32,000 nucleotides of DNA, taken from the sequence record OZ345387.1, one strand, 5' to 3'. Each line of letters opens with the position of its first letter. The first letter of the stretch is position 1. This document shows, piece by piece, positions 9,469 to 21,059 of the stretch. The position numbers and the translations under genes are program-made. The notes beneath the pieces were generated by a model that saw only the letters and a program-made list of their open reading frames with translations, ran no database searches and had not been told where the DNA came from.

Positions 9469-11082
9469 CTATATTGACTCAGGAGAGTTTATTAAAGGTT
9501 TATTATATTTAAACTTTTGATAATTTTTATTTATTAATGATCTACCGCTCATGTCTTTAGGAATGTTGATTTTTAAAAGATCTAAAATTGTTGGTGCTAT
9601 ATCTGCTAGTGAGCCATCTGCTTTTAGCTTATTTTTATGTGAAATATTTGTATAATCAACAGAGTTTTTTTTAATAAGAATAAAAGGGACTAGGTTGTTT
9701 GTATGAGATTTGCACGGTTGGTTATTTATGTCAAGCATTTCTTCTGCATTACCATGATCAGCGGTAATTATTACCGTTACTGTATATAATTTTATTTTTT
9801 CTAATATACGCCCGATGCATTGATCAACTATTTCTATAGATTTTCTTGTAGCTTTAAAGTTTCCGGTATGACCGATCATATCTGGATTGGCATAGTTAAT
9901 AACAGTTAAGCTGTAGATCTTTTTTTCAATTGCTTGGATAAGTTTTTCAGTGATTTGTTGAGCTGACATTTCTGGTGTTGAATCATAAATATCAACTGTT
10001 GGACTTGGTACTAGCTCACGATCTTCACCTGAGCAAGGTTCTTCTTGTCCACCATTGAAAAAATATGTAACATGTGCATATTTTTCAGTTTCTGCTAATC
10101 GAAATTGTTTTAAGTTATTTTCAGATATAATTTGGCCAAGAAAATGATCTTTAGCTATCTTTGGAAAAACAATCGGTAAATTCAATTTACTATCGTAAAC
10201 TGTAAATGTTATGATATCAAGAAATGAAAATTTTTTTGTATGAAAACCTTTGAATGAATTGTTTGTAAAAACTTGGACTAATTGTCTCATTCTATCAGGT
10301 CTGAAATTAAAAAAAATAATACCATCCTCATTCTCTATTTTACCATTGCAAATTCTTGTTGGAATTATAAATTCATCCAATATATTATCTTTATAACTAT
10401 TGTTAATGAATTTAATCGGATCATTGTAATACTTTGTATTTATATTATCTTGTATTAGGCATCGGTATATTTTTTCTGTTCTTGTCCATCTACAGTCCCG
10501 ATCCATACTGTAATATCGACCACTTATTGTACATATTTTAATGTGAGTTTGTTCTTGGATTGTACTCAGTAGCTCATTGATAAATATTTTTGCGTTTTGT
10601 GGTTCTGTATCTCTACCATCTGTAATAATGTGTATGCAAGTTTCTAATCCTGGGTATTGTTTACTTATGTTGATAAGGGCAATTAAGTGATTTATATGTG
10701 AATGTACACCGCCATCAGAGCATAATCCTATTAAATGTATTTTTTTATTTTTTTTTTCTATTGTTTTATAGATATTATTTAGAATGTCGTTTTTGAAAAA
10801 ATCTTTTGTATGAATACTTTGACTAATTCTGACTAGATTTTGATTAATGACTCTTCCAGCCCCGATAGTTGTATGTCCTACTTCAGAATTACCCATTTGA
10901 TTTTTCGGTAAACCAACATTGTAGCTAGATGCATTTAATAAAGTTTTTGGAAATTTGTTCCATAAGAAATTTAAATTTGGAGTATATGCTTGTTTAATAG
11001 CATTTCCATGATGTATAGAGCTATGGCCCCAGCCATCAAGAATAATTAGAATAATTGGACTAATATTTAATTGATCTTTCAT
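9469..11082 (-). CDS. pgmA: 2,3-bisphosphoglycerate-independent phosphoglycerate mutase
   Basis: 537 aa with ILDGWG, MGNSEVGHTTIGAGR, SDGGVHSH, ADHGNAE and NYANPDMIGHTG motifs of iPGM. Confidence 0.95.
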   Translation of the reverse strand: MKDQLNISPIILIILDGWGHSSIHHGNAIKQAYTPNLNFLWNKFPKTLLNASSYNVGLPKNQMGNSEVGHTTIGAGRVINQNLVRISQSIHTKDFFKNDILNNIYKTIEKKNKKIHLIGLCSDGGVHSHINHLIALINISKQYPGLETCIHIITDGRDTEPQNAKIFINELLSTIQEQTHIKICTISGRYYSMDRDCRWTRTEKIYRCLIQDNINTKYYNDPIKFINNSYKDNILDEFIIPTRICNGKIENEDGIIFFNFRPDRMRQLVQVFTNNSFKGFHTKKFSFLDIITFTVYDSKLNLPIVFPKIAKDHFLGQIISENNLKQFRLAETEKYAHVTYFFNGGQEEPCSGEDRELVPSPTVDIYDSTPEMSAQQITEKLIQAIEKKIYSLTVINYANPDMIGHTGNFKATRKSIEIVDQCIGRILEKIKLYTVTVIITADHGNAEEMLDINNQPCKSHTNNLVPFILIKKNSVDYTNISHKNKLKADGSLADIAPTILDLLKINIPKDMSGRSLINKNYQKFKYNKPLINSPESI

Positions 11083-11184
11083 ATATTTAAGAGGAAATTT
11101 AATTAAATGATTGAAAGTAAGTATGAACTATTTTATCTATAGCATTAAAAAAAATTTTAACTATGCTTCTATAGTTTAAAAAAT

Positions 11185-11219
11185 CCACGAAATAGGTTTT
11201 TATAATTCATATTCCGTGG
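11185..11219 (-). terminator. Imperfect hairpin downstream of cpcA
   Basis: ccacgaaat (11185-11193) pairs with attccgtgg (11211-11219) at 8 of 9 positions. It lies just past the cpcA stop in the cpcA-pgmA spacer. Confidence 0.4.
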
Positions 11220-11256
11220 TATAAAAATTTATTGAAAAAGGATCTTAAAAGCTAAA

Positions 11257-11745
11257 TTAGCTTAATACGTTTATAGCATAGTCTAGATAAGTGTTAGCTT
11301 CATTAGCTGCCTGTCCAGATAAGCCATGACTATTTTTTATATATTGTAAAGCTTCTATAAACCAGCTAGGTGATAATTCAAAACTGCGGTTGATTTCTTC
11401 TAAACCTGCAACTAGATATTCATCCATTGGACCTGTTGCACCTACTACTAAGCAATAAGTAGTCATGCGTAAATAATATCCTATATCACGAGCGCATTTA
11501 GCTTTTCCTATTGCACTTGATGCATAAGTCGGACCAGGCATTTGTGTTACAAAAGGAAATTTTGTATAAACTGCTTGTGCAGCTCCAGTTATAAGTCTTT
11601 GTGCATTATTAGTTAGTGACTTTGCAGCTGTTAAACTAGATGATGCTCTTTGATATCTACCGTTAATAGATTGCAATTCTCCATTACTTAGGAATCTTCC
11701 TTGACTATCTGCAGATGCTATTGCTTCTGTAATTGGTGTTTTCAT
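11257..11745 (-). CDS. cpcA: C-phycocyanin alpha subunit
   Basis: 162 aa, [37 protein letters not shown], classic CpcA with the Cys-84 bilin site. An AAGGAGAG Shine-Dalgarno motif lies upstream. Confidence 0.96.
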   Translation of the reverse strand: MKTPITEAIASADSQGRFLSNGELQSINGRYQRASSSLTAAKSLTNNAQRLITGAAQAVYTKFPFVTQMPGPTYASSAIGKAKCARDIGYYLRMTTYCLVVGATGPMDEYLVAGLEEINRSFELSPSWFIEALQYIKNSHGLSGQAANEANTYLDYAINVLS

Positions 11746-11822
11746 GCTCTCTCCTTAACTTGGTTAATTATTAAAATTAGTGACTTGAATTTGATGAAAA
11801 AAAAGAAAAATTTTTCTTTTAT

Positions 11823-12341
11823 TTACATAACCGCTATGGCAGCACGATCAAAATAACTTCCTAATTCAGCAGTTAGGGAACTACAATCTCCTAAAGGTAC
11901 ACCATTTAAGTCGCTAGCTAAACCAATAGAAGCTTCTTTCATTTTTTGTATTGCTACTGCTACAGATGTACCAGGTGTTCCTAATGCTTGATAAGTTTCT
12001 CTTAATCCGTTTAAGCATCTATCGTCCAGAACACTTGAATCACCGGCTACCATTGAATAGCTTACATATCTTAAAATAATTTCCATATCTCTTAGGCATG
12101 CGGCCATTCTTCTACTAGTGTAAGCATTCCCACCAGGTTGTACTAATTGTGGTTGTTCTGCAAATAAAGCTCTTGCAGCGTTAGTTACAATTGCTGATGT
12201 ATTTGAATTAATTTTGTTTACTATGTCTAGTCTTTTACTACCTTCAGAGATCATGATACTTAAGGATTCTAGTTGAGTATTGCTTAAGAATTCTCCTCTT
12301 GCATCCGCTTGTGCCACAAGCTTTGCAAATGCATCTAACAT
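11823..12341 (-). CDS. cpcB: C-phycocyanin beta subunit
   Basis: 172 aa, [47 protein letters not shown]. It has the CpcB signature with both bilin cysteines and sits upstream of cpcA in cpcBA order. Confidence 0.96.
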   Translation of the reverse strand: MLDAFAKLVAQADARGEFLSNTQLESLSIMISEGSKRLDIVNKINSNTSAIVTNAARALFAEQPQLVQPGGNAYTSRRMAACLRDMEIILRYVSYSMVAGDSSVLDDRCLNGLRETYQALGTPGTSVAVAIQKMKEASIGLASDLNGVPLGDCSSLTAELGSYFDRAAIAVM

Positions 12342-12439
12342 ATTTTTAATTCCTTCTAATGATTGATTAATTTAATATATACATTATTTTGCGAATTAAT
12401 AATTTTACAAATTATTACTATGTATTAATACTATACTAT

Positions 12440-12709
12440 CTATTCTCCAATTATTTCAGGTTGAGTGATTTCATCAACCATTTCTAGGATAGCTCTAATT
12501 ACTGGTTTGACTAATGGATCTTCAATAATATCAATATCTTCATACTTCCTTCTTTTAGCTCGATTAGCTACTTTTACAGTTATTCGGAACCTATTTCCTG
12601 CTGCTTCTAGTAACTCTTCTGTTTTATATGTAATTTGGTGAGCCTCAATATTACTATATTTATTAGCGTTTTTTTTATCATTATTAGATGATCTTGTTGT
12701 TGTAAGCAT
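12440..12709 (-). CDS. rpoZ: RNA polymerase omega subunit (ycf61)
   Basis: 89 aa. [50 protein letters not shown] matches the cyanobacterial/plastid RpoZ pattern. Confidence 0.8.
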   Translation of the reverse strand: MLTTTRSSNNDKKNANKYSNIEAHQITYKTEELLEAAGNRFRITVKVANRAKRRKYEDIDIIEDPLVKPVIRAILEMVDEITQPEIIGE

Positions 12710-12964
12710 GTAAGTATAACTTTCTAAGATGTCTATTCTTTAAATATATATGTAATACTATAGTCGTAACGGTCTATTATAGTTATAAATAGAGAAATCT
12801 TCAATTATTAATGTATTATCTTCTTGGGTTTTTTATATAATTCTTAGTAATTTGTTTAATTTAGTGTAATTTGAGATATTTATGGCTAAGGTCTTCGAAA
12901 GTCTAATTTATATAAATAATAGAAAAATTATAATTCATTTTTTGATCATAATAAAATAATATAT

Positions 12965-15900
12965 ATGCAAGTATCAAAACATTTTACTTATAAGCTTAAT
13001 CAACATCTAGGATATCCTGCAATTATACATGAAAGAGATGCATGTGGAGTAGGATTTGTAGTAAATATAAATCAAAAATCCTCTCATCAAATAATTCTTC
13101 AGTCTTTAGAGGGATTAAAATGTATGGAGCATCGAGGAGCTTGTGGTGCAGATGGTATGTCAGGTGATGGATCAGGAATAACTACACAAATCCCTTGGGA
13201 TCTTTTAAATAATTATTTTAATAAAAGCTTATTAGATACTATTCAAAGGAAAAGTCTGGGATTAGCTATGGTTTTTTTACCTGGCAATTTTATAAAAGAA
13301 ATACATAAGGTTTTTCAGTGGGTTGTAGAACAAAATGGATTTAAAGTAATTGGCTGGAGACCAGTACCGGTTGATAATAACGTATTGGGTTTACAGGCAT
13401 TTAAAAATCAGCCTATTATACAACAATGTCTTGTTTATTCAGATACTTTAACTGGTGATAATTTAGAAAGAGGGTTATATATATTAAGAAAGAAAATAGA
13501 AAAAAATATAGCACAAACAAATCTTAATCTTAATAAACAATTTTATTTTTGCTCTTTTTCTTCTAGAGTAGTTGTATATAAAGGGATGGTAAAGTCTGAA
13601 GTTTTAGGTCAATTCTATAAAGATCTTTCTGACCCTCTATATTTGAGTAATTTTGCTATTTATCATAGAAGATTTAGTACAAATACAATGCCTAAGTGGT
13701 CTTTAGCTCAGCCAATGAGATTCATTGCTCATAATGGAGAAATTAATACACTTTTAGGTAATCTTAATTGGATGAAATCAAAAGAACCTATTTTATCTCA
13801 TCCTTATTGGAATCAATCTATTAAAGATTTAAGACCAATTACTAATTTGGAAAATAGTGATTCAGCTAATTTAGATGCAGCTGTAGAGTTATTAATTGCA
13901 TCAGGTCGAAGTCCTCAGGAAGCTTTAATGATTCTTATTCCGGAGGCCTATGATAATCAGCCTGCATTAGATAAGTTTCCTGAGATTGTAGATTTTTATG
14001 AATATTATGCTGGCTTACAGGAGCCATGGGATGGACCAGCTTTAGTGGTTTTTACAGATGGTAAAATGTTAGGTGCTACTTTAGATCGGAATGGTTTGAG
14101 ACCAGCTCGCTATTGTATTACAAATAACGGACTTGTACTTGTTTCTTCAGAGGCAGGGGCAATTAAGATTGATCCAAATACTATTGTTAAGAAAGGAAGA
14201 TTAGGTCCTGGCCAAATGCTGTGTGTAGATATGATTAATAACATTATTTTAGATAATTGGACAATTAAGCAGTCGATTGCAAATAAATTCCCCTATAAAA
14301 AATGGATTTACCAGTATCAACAAATTCTAGAGCCTCAATTATACTTGGATGATGTAGGTATTAATTCAATAGAAATGGTAAGATTACATACTGCTTTTGG
14401 CTATACCAGTGAAGATGTAGAATTGGTAATTGAACATATGGCTAGTTTAGCTAAAGAACCCACTTTTTGTATGGGTGATGATACGCCTCTAGCAGTATTA
14501 TCAGAAAAGCCACATCTATTATATAATTATTTTAAACAAAGATTTGCCCAGGTTACCAATCCTGCTATAGATCCTTTAAGAGAAAATTTAGTTATGTCTT
14601 TAGCTGTATATCTTGGATCTAAAGATAATATTCTGGAGCCATCAGAACAGATGGCAAGATCAATAAAGTTAAAATCTCCGATTATCAATGAGAATGAGCT
14701 TTTACGATTATTTTCTTTAGGATATAAAGTTAAAAAAATAAGTACATTTTTAAGTCAAGATGATAGAGGATTGAGTCACAAAATTAAACAGATATGCCAT
14801 GAGTGTCTGAACGCTACAATTAATGGAGTGGAAATTTTAGTTTTAAGTGATAAAGTAAGTAATTTATTATCGGATCAGGTTTTTATACCACCTTTACTTA
14901 TTGTTGGTGCTATACATCATTATCTAATAGAGAAACAGGTTCGTCAAAAAGTTTCTTTAATTCTTGAAACAGCTCAATGTTGGAATACTCATCATTTTGC
15001 TTGTTTAATTGGTTATGGCGCTAGTGCAATTTGTCCTTATATGGCTTTTAAAACAGTTCGTCAATGGTGGTATCAATCCCGTACCCAAAAGTTAATGTCT
15101 ACGGGGAAATTATTAAAAATAACTTTGCAACAATCTCAGCATAATTATCGTTTAGCTATCGAAGCAGGTTTGTTAAAAATACTGTCTAAGATGGGTATCT
15201 CTTTATTATCTAGTTATCACGGTGCACAAATTTTTGAGATCTTAGGTCTAAATCAAGAATTAGTAGAAATAGGATTTAAGGGTACAGTTTCTCGTTTAGC
15301 AGGCCTTTCTTTACAGGAATTATATAAAGAAACTCAATTGTCTTATAATAAAGCTTTTATGTTAGTTTTGCCTAAAAAACTTACTAATTTAGGTTATATA
15401 CAGTACCGTCCAAGTGCAGAATATCATGTTAACAATCCTGAGATGTCAAAGACTTTACATAAAGCTGTGCGTAGTCAAGACTCTTTATTATATAACAAGT
15501 ATAAAAGCTTATTAGAAGAGCGACCACCAACTAACTTAAGAGATTTGTTAAATATCTCTAGTAAACAACCATCTGTAGCTCTTGATAATGTTGAATCAAT
15601 AGATTCAATTTTATTAAGATTTTGTACAGGAGGAATGTCTTTAGGTGCTTTATCACGAGAAACCCATGAAACATTAGCAATAGCAATGAATAGAATTGGA
15701 GGTAAATCAAATTCTGGTGAAGGCGGTGAAGATACTATGCGATTTTCTCCAATTCAACAGATTAATTCGTTAGGTACATCTGATGCTTTTCCTCATTTGA
15801 AGGGTTTGCAAAAAAATGATATTGCTAATTCAGCAATTAAGCAGATTGCTTCCGGACGCTTTGGTGTTACTCCTGAATATTTGATTAATGCTCGTCAGCT

Positions 15901-17563
15901 AGAAATTAAAATTGCTCAAGGGGCAAAGCCAGGGGAGGGTGGACAATTGCCCGGTAAAAAGGTAAGCAATTATATTGCTGAATTAAGGAATTGTAAGCCG
16001 GGAGTTACTTTAATTTCACCACCACCTCATCATGATATTTATTCTATTGAGGATCTAGCACAATTAATTTTTGATTTACATCAAATTAATCCTAATGCTC
16101 AAGTATCTGTGAAACTAGTTTCGGAGATTGGAATAGGTACTATTGCCTCAGGTGTTGCTAAAGGAAATGCAGATATAATTCAAATCTCAGGACATGATGG
16201 TGGTACAGGGGCTTCTCCTTTAAGCTCAATTAAGCATGCTGGTTCACCTTGGGAATTAGGTTTAACAGAGGTGCACCAGGCTTTATCTGAAAATCAATTA
16301 AGAGAGAGAGTGCTTTTAAGGGTTGATGGTGGTTTAAGAACAGGTCGAGATATTATTATTGCAGCTTTAATGGGAGCAGAAGAATTCGGTTTTGGTACTG
16401 TTGCAATGATTGCCACAGGTTGTGTCATGGCTCGAATTTGTCATACAAATAATTGTCCTGTTGGTGTAGCATCTCAACGTAAAGATTTACGCAGCCGCTA
16501 TCCTGGTATACCGTCAGATTTAGTTAACTTTTTTATATTTATTGCTGAAGAAGTTAGAAAAATATTGGCAGATTTAGGCTATGTTAGTATCCAGCAACTT
16601 GTTGGAAAGGTTAGTTTATTGGAGAAGAAAAATAATGTAAATCTTAAAAAAACAAACAATCTTAATCTTGATAGTTTACTGGTCAATAATGTATCATCAG
16701 TATCTTTGAATTATCCTTGCATGTCTGTGCATAGTAATGGTTCAGTTTTAGATGATGTTTTACTTAGTGATTCGAATTTATTAAGTGCAATTTTAAACCA
16801 TGGAAATTACGTAAAGTCTTTGCAAGTATTAAATACAGATCGTACTATAGGAGCAAGAATTTCTGGAGTAATTGTTCAGAAATATGGTAATTCTGGCTTT
16901 AAGGGGTCAATTAGTTTAACTTTTAAAGGTCCTGTAGGACAAAGTTTTGGTGCTTTTATTTCTAAAGGGATGAAATTAACTGTTTTTGGAGAAGCCAATG
17001 ATTACGTAGGTAAAGGAATGAATGGTGGTCAAATTGTTATTTTGCCTCCTGAAGATAATAATTTTATTGCTTCTGATCAAGTAATTTTAGGTAATACATG
17101 TTTGTATGGCGCAACAGGAGGAACTTTATTTGCTAATGGTCAAGCAGGTGAAAGATTTGCTGTAAGAAATTCTTGTGCACGAGCTGTTGTTGAAGGAGTA
17201 GGTGATCATCCCTGTGAATATATGACAGGAGGTATTATTGTTGTACTAGGTCCCTCTGGAAGGAATATTGGTGCTGGTATGACAGGAGGTATCTCTTATT
17301 TTTTAGATGAAAATCGAGACTTATTGCCAAAAATAAATCAAGAGATTATTAAGCCACAAAAAATTATTACCCGTGAAGGTGAAAGACAATTATTAAATTT
17401 AATTAAGCTATACGAAGAAAATACTAATAGTTTGAGAGCAAAAGCAATATTGGATAGATGGGAATATTTTTTACCAATGTTTTGGCAGCTAATACCTCCT
17501 TCAGAAGTAAGTAGTCCGATTACTAATCTATCTCTATCTGCTTTTAAGGCATTATCAGGCTGA
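12965..17563 (+). CDS. gltB: Ferredoxin-dependent glutamate synthase (Fd-GOGAT)
   Basis: 1532 aa. It has the N-terminal amidotransferase nucleophile ERDACGVGF, the FMN/Fe-S domain ([31 protein letters not shown]) and the C-terminal GXGXG beta-helix domain. Confidence 0.98.
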   Translation: MQVSKHFTYKLNQHLGYPAIIHERDACGVGFVVNINQKSSHQIILQSLEGLKCMEHRGACGADGMSGDGSGITTQIPWDLLNNYFNKSLLDTIQRKSLGLAMVFLPGNFIKEIHKVFQWVVEQNGFKVIGWRPVPVDNNVLGLQAFKNQPIIQQCLVYSDTLTGDNLERGLYILRKKIEKNIAQTNLNLNKQFYFCSFSSRVVVYKGMVKSEVLGQFYKDLSDPLYLSNFAIYHRRFSTNTMPKWSLAQPMRFIAHNGEINTLLGNLNWMKSKEPILSHPYWNQSIKDLRPITNLENSDSANLDAAVELLIASGRSPQEALMILIPEAYDNQPALDKFPEIVDFYEYYAGLQEPWDGPALVVFTDGKMLGATLDRNGLRPARYCITNNGLVLVSSEAGAIKIDPNTIVKKGRLGPGQMLCVDMINNIILDNWTIKQSIANKFPYKKWIYQYQQILEPQLYLDDVGINSIEMVRLHTAFGYTSEDVELVIEHMASLAKEPTFCMGDDTPLAVLSEKPHLLYNYFKQRFAQVTNPAIDPLRENLVMSLAVYLGSKDNILEPSEQMARSIKLKSPIINENELLRLFSLGYKVKKISTFLSQDDRGLSHKIKQICHECLNATINGVEILVLSDKVSNLLSDQVFIPPLLIVGAIHHYLIEKQVRQKVSLILETAQCWNTHHFACLIGYGASAICPYMAFKTVRQWWYQSRTQKLMSTGKLLKITLQQSQHNYRLAIEAGLLKILSKMGISLLSSYHGAQIFEILGLNQELVEIGFKGTVSRLAGLSLQELYKETQLSYNKAFMLVLPKKLTNLGYIQYRPSAEYHVNNPEMSKTLHKAVRSQDSLLYNKYKSLLEERPPTNLRDLLNISSKQPSVALDNVESIDSILLRFCTGGMSLGALSRETHETLAIAMNRIGGKSNSGEGGEDTMRFSPIQQINSLGTSDAFPHLKGLQKNDIANSAIKQIASGRFGVTPEYLINARQLEIKIAQGAKPGEGGQLPGKKVSNYIAELRNCKPGVTLISPPPHHDIYSIEDLAQLIFDLHQINPNAQVSVKLVSEIGIGTIASGVAKGNADIIQISGHDGGTGASPLSSIKHAGSPWELGLTEVHQALSENQLRERVLLRVDGGLRTGRDIIIAALMGAEEFGFGTVAMIATGCVMARICHTNNCPVGVASQRKDLRSRYPGIPSDLVNFFIFIAEEVRKILADLGYVSIQQLVGKVSLLEKKNNVNLKKTNNLNLDSLLVNNVSSVSLNYPCMSVHSNGSVLDDVLLSDSNLLSAILNHGNYVKSLQVLNTDRTIGARISGVIVQKYGNSGFKGSISLTFKGPVGQSFGAFISKGMKLTVFGEANDYVGKGMNGGQIVILPPEDNNFIASDQVILGNTCLYGATGGTLFANGQAGERFAVRNSCARAVVEGVGDHPCEYMTGGIIVVLGPSGRNIGAGMTGGISYFLDENRDLLPKINQEIIKPQKIITREGERQLLNLIKLYEENTNSLRAKAILDRWEYFLPMFWQLIPPSEVSSPITNLSLSAFKALSG

Positions 17564-17689
17564 GAATTAATTATTCTAAAAAGTAAAAGCATTGTATGAT
17601 ATCATGTTTAATGTTTATGAAGATTTAAGAATATTCATTACTATCTTGGATTTAGCTAATTTACAATATTTTTATCTATTCCTTATTGA

Positions 17690-17980
<291 letters not shown>

Positions 17981-18026
17981 TTACTTTATATTTATAAAAA
18001 TTTTATAAATGCTTTAATTTATATTC

Positions 18027-18076
18027 AGTAAAAAGTAATTAAATAACATCTTAAAGCTATTTAATTACTTTTTACT
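18027..18076 (+). terminator. 19 bp perfect hairpin downstream of psaC
   Basis: agtaaaaagtaattaaata (18027-18045) pairs with tatttaattactttttact (18058-18076) around a 12 nt loop, followed by a T-rich tract. Confidence 0.6.
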
Positions 18077-18158
18077 TTCTATTTTATCTATTGTATATTA
18101 TTTATATTATGTCTTTACTTAATCTTCAGCTTGAAAAAGCATTTGCAGAAAAAAAAAC

Positions 18159-18902
18159 TTGAAAATCATTACAGGTATAAATAACTTTAATGTTGATCAA
18201 GTATTAGAAATTGTCAAAGTTGCTGATATTGCTGGTGCTACATATTTAGATGTTGCAGCAAATCGTATAATAGTAAAAGAAGTTAGAAAAAATACTAATT
18301 TACCAATCTGTGTTTCTTCAATTAGTCTACAAGATTTATATAATGCCGCTTTAGAAGGAGTAGATGTCATTGAGATTGGTAATTATGATTATTTTTATGA
18401 AAATAATATATACTTTTCCCAAAAACAAATATTAAGCTTAGCACAAGAAGCAATGAAATTATTTCCAAGTATTGATATTTGTGTTACAATACCACATACT
18501 TTATTACTAAATGAACAAATTTATTTAAGTTGTCAATTAGAGTATTTAGGTATTAAAATACTACAGACAGAAGGTCTAAAAAGTAAATCTTCTCTTTCAG
18601 GTTCTAGTTTAATACAGTTCATGAATAAAGCTTATCCCGCATTATCTGCAACTTATGCAATTTCACAGTCTGTAAAAATACCAGTTATTGCATCATCAGG
18701 GATGAATCTTGTCTCAGCTTCTTTAGCTATTCTTTATGGAGCGTCTGGTGTAGGCATAGGGACGTCTGTTAAAAATTGTCCTACTTTTCGTAAAAAATTA
18801 ATTTACATGCAAGAAGTAATGAATTCTATGGAAAAAAGTAAAATTCTTTCACCTTCGTATTACCTCTCTTCAATTCAAAACTTAAATCATCTTGTTGTTT
18901 AG
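18159..18902 (+). CDS. ycf23: Conserved plastid ORF ycf23 (DUF561 type); open frame shown, with the conserved N-terminus in another frame from ATG 18109 (see finding)
   Basis: 247 aa. LKIITGINNFNVDQVLEIVKVADIAGATYLDVAAN fits the Ycf23/DUF561 N-terminal pattern. The track ORF starts at a TTG; the upstream ATG at 18109 encodes MSLLNLQLEKAFAEKK and then meets TGA after an A9 run. Confidence 0.8.
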   Translation: MKIITGINNFNVDQVLEIVKVADIAGATYLDVAANRIIVKEVRKNTNLPICVSSISLQDLYNAALEGVDVIEIGNYDYFYENNIYFSQKQILSLAQEAMKLFPSIDICVTIPHTLLLNEQIYLSCQLEYLGIKILQTEGLKSKSSLSGSSLIQFMNKAYPALSATYAISQSVKIPVIASSGMNLVSASLAILYGASGVGIGTSVKNCPTFRKKLIYMQEVMNSMEKSKILSPSYYLSSIQNLNHLVV

Positions 18903-18932
18903 TAATTTAATTTAAAATTATATCAATTTTAT

Positions 18933-19586
18933 ATGAAAAGAAATAGAATGAATTCCTGGCCAAAAATTCCGCAAGGTTGGATAAGCTTTGTTTTTTGGGT
19001 TTTTGTTGTTATCAGTACGATAATAATAGCTTATTTAAGTAACAGAAATTCATCTTACTCATTTTTTATAGAATTTAATAATGCTAATGGTATTAGTAAA
19101 GGCACTCCTGTAAGGATAAGAGGTATTAATATTGGTTCCATTCAAAGCCTAAAAATTCAACCTAATTGTGTTTTAACTTTAGCTACAATAAACTCTAGTA
19201 ATATTTTTATACCCAAAGATTCAATTATTGAAACAAATCAAACAGGTTTATTAAATGAGGCGGTGATTGATATTATACCGTTAGTTTCAGTTATCTCTAG
19301 TAAAGATAATAATTTTAGCCCATTTTCGGATAACTGTGAAAACTCTAAAATCATTTGTAACAAAATGTATGTTACAGGTGATAGAGGTCTTAATTATGAT
19401 GATTTAGTAAGATCTACAACACGAATATCACAAAGATTTGATGATCCACGATTCTTTAATCTTTTCTATGTTTTTTTACAAAATGGTATAGAGTTGACAG
19501 ATGTAATTTTAGAATTAATGATGGCAATGTTAGATATAACTTCTGTTAGCTATATTTATTTACAGAAATTTTTGTCTAGTACTTAA
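18933..19586 (+). CDS. ycf22: Conserved plastid ORF ycf22 (MlaD/Mce-domain, TGD2-like lipid transport component)
   Basis: 217 aa with an N-terminal TM helix and then GISKGTPVRIRGINIGSIQSLKI, TNQTGLLNEAVIDIIP, typical of the Mce/MlaD domain. Confidence 0.7.
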   Translation: MKRNRMNSWPKIPQGWISFVFWVFVVISTIIIAYLSNRNSSYSFFIEFNNANGISKGTPVRIRGINIGSIQSLKIQPNCVLTLATINSSNIFIPKDSIIETNQTGLLNEAVIDIIPLVSVISSKDNNFSPFSDNCENSKIICNKMYVTGDRGLNYDDLVRSTTRISQRFDDPRFFNLFYVFLQNGIELTDVILELMMAMLDITSVSYIYLQKFLSST

Positions 19587-19666
19587 TTGTAATTAAACAA
19601 AAAATAATTATAGCTTAGATTTTATATTAATTATTGATAGTTTTATATGTAAAAATTCTTAAGTAT

Positions 19667-20638
19667 ATGAGTGAAAGACAAGGTTTATTGTTGGCTTTTT
19701 TAAAGCCTGTATTTGAATTAGAGTCTCGTGTTGAACAACTGAGTAAAATAGTTTATAGTCATAAATTATCATTAGTAAATGAATTAAGTATTTTAAAATA
19801 TCAATTAGGCGAATTAAAAAAAGAATTATTTTCTTCTTTAACTCCTTTGCAACGGTTGCATTTAGTGCGCCAATCAGACAGACCAACTACTTTAGACTAT
19901 ATTCCTTATATTTTGGATAATTGGATTGAGTTGCATGGCGATAGAGGTGGAGCTGATGATTCAGCATTAGTAGGCGGTCTTGGTATCTTAAATAATCAGA
20001 CAATTGTTTTTATTGGCCACCAAAGAGGTAAAGATACTAAAGATAATGTTGTTAGAAATTTTGGTATGCCTTCTCCTGGTGGTTATAGAAAAGCCCTTCG
20101 ATTAATGCAGCATGCTAATCGTTTTAATTTTCCTATTTTGACTTTTATCGATACTCCTGGAGCATGGGCAGGCATAGAAGCAGAAAGATTAGGGCAAGGA
20201 GAAGCTATTGCTGTTAACTTGCGTGAGATGTTTTCTTTTGATGTACCTATTATTTGTACAGTAATTGGTGAAGGTGGCTCAGGAGGAGCACTAGGAATTG
20301 GTGTAGGGGATAAAATTTTAATGCTTGAACATGCTGTATATACAGTTGCGACTCCGGAAGCGTGTGCGGCAATCTTATGGAAAGATAGCAAATTATCGCT
20401 TGAGGCAGCTGAAGCTTTAAAAATTACTTCTGCAGATTTAAAAATTTTGGGTATTATAGATCGAATTATTTTAGAACCTATTGGTGGTTCTCAAGCTAAT
20501 CCTCAAGAGGCGGCTTTTAATTTAAAAGTTGCTTTAATAGAAGAACTGCATAAGCTATTATCTCTTACTAATCTTGAAAGGCAAGATTTAAGATATAATA
20601 AATTTCGTAAAATAGGAACATTCTATGAGGAAGTTTAA
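19667..20638 (+). CDS. accA: Acetyl-CoA carboxylase carboxyltransferase alpha subunit
   Basis: Contains HGDRGGADD, FGMPSPGGYRKALRLMQHANRF, TFIDTPGAWAG and GEGGSGGALG motifs. The track ORF starts at a TTG at 19634; the ATG at 19667 (MSERQGLLLAFLKP...) matches usual AccA N-termini. Confidence 0.93.
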   Translation: MSERQGLLLAFLKPVFELESRVEQLSKIVYSHKLSLVNELSILKYQLGELKKELFSSLTPLQRLHLVRQSDRPTTLDYIPYILDNWIELHGDRGGADDSALVGGLGILNNQTIVFIGHQRGKDTKDNVVRNFGMPSPGGYRKALRLMQHANRFNFPILTFIDTPGAWAGIEAERLGQGEAIAVNLREMFSFDVPIICTVIGEGGSGGALGIGVGDKILMLEHAVYTVATPEACAAILWKDSKLSLEAAEALKITSADLKILGIIDRIILEPIGGSQANPQEAAFNLKVALIEELHKLLSLTNLERQDLRYNKFRKIGTFYEEV

Positions 20639-20640
20639 AG

Positions 20641-20682
20641 ATGAATCAGTAACTTACTAATAATAGTAAGTTACTGATTCAT
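20641..20682. terminator. 19 bp perfect hairpin between convergent accA (+) and psaK (-)
   Basis: atgaatcagtaacttacta (20641-20659), loop ataa, then tagtaagttactgattcat (20664-20682), followed by tgtttttt. It starts 3 nt after the accA stop. Confidence 0.75.
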
Positions 20683-20688
20683 TGTTTT

Positions 20689-20949
20689 TTATTTAATTAA
20701 ACCTATACTATTTAGTCCAATAATAGTACCAGCGCCCAAAATATGACCTAGACTAGTGGTTGCTAATAATTCAGTTAATCCAAATTCAGCGATACCAGAA
20801 ATAGGAATTGACGGACCTAGACCTCTCACTTGTATTGCATATCGACCAATGAGAATAGCAATTAAGTTACAGATAATCATGATAATTGAAATTTGTGCAG
20901 ACCAATTAGGTGTACTTGGGAGTGAACTAGCTAACATATAAATATACAT
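20689..20949 (-). CDS. psaK: Photosystem I subunit PsaK
   Basis: NWSAQISIIMIICNLIAILIGRYAIQVRGLGPSIP, FGLTELLATTSLGHILGAG matches PsaK. The start is ambiguous: the ATG at 20949 or the ATG at 20937 (MLASSLPSTP...). Confidence 0.88.
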   Translation of the reverse strand: MYIYMLASSLPSTPNWSAQISIIMIICNLIAILIGRYAIQVRGLGPSIPISGIAEFGLTELLATTSLGHILGAGTIIGLNSIGLIK

Positions 20950-21059
20950 TTTTTTAGTTTAATTACATATGATATTAATTTAAATTGTAAATTACTCTGT
21001 ACTATCCTTCAAGTATAATAAAATGTTTATTCACAAATTATATATTTATTCTGATACTA

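Noticed and set aside
17338-17592. 84 aa minus-strand ORF overlapping the 3' end of gltB
   Set aside because: It is almost wholly antisense to a strongly supported 1532 aa gene, has no recognisable motif, and its low-complexity sequence is typical of shadow ORFs.
19659-20391. Two minus-strand ORFs (19659-19886, 75 aa; 20083-20391, 102 aa) inside accA
   Set aside because: Both are antisense shadows of accA. The 102 aa frame is Pro/Ser/Ala-rich simply because it mirrors the Gly-rich GEGGSGGALG region.
20756-20941. 61 aa plus-strand ORF inside psaK
   Set aside because: It is antisense to a well-supported psaK and has no independent support.
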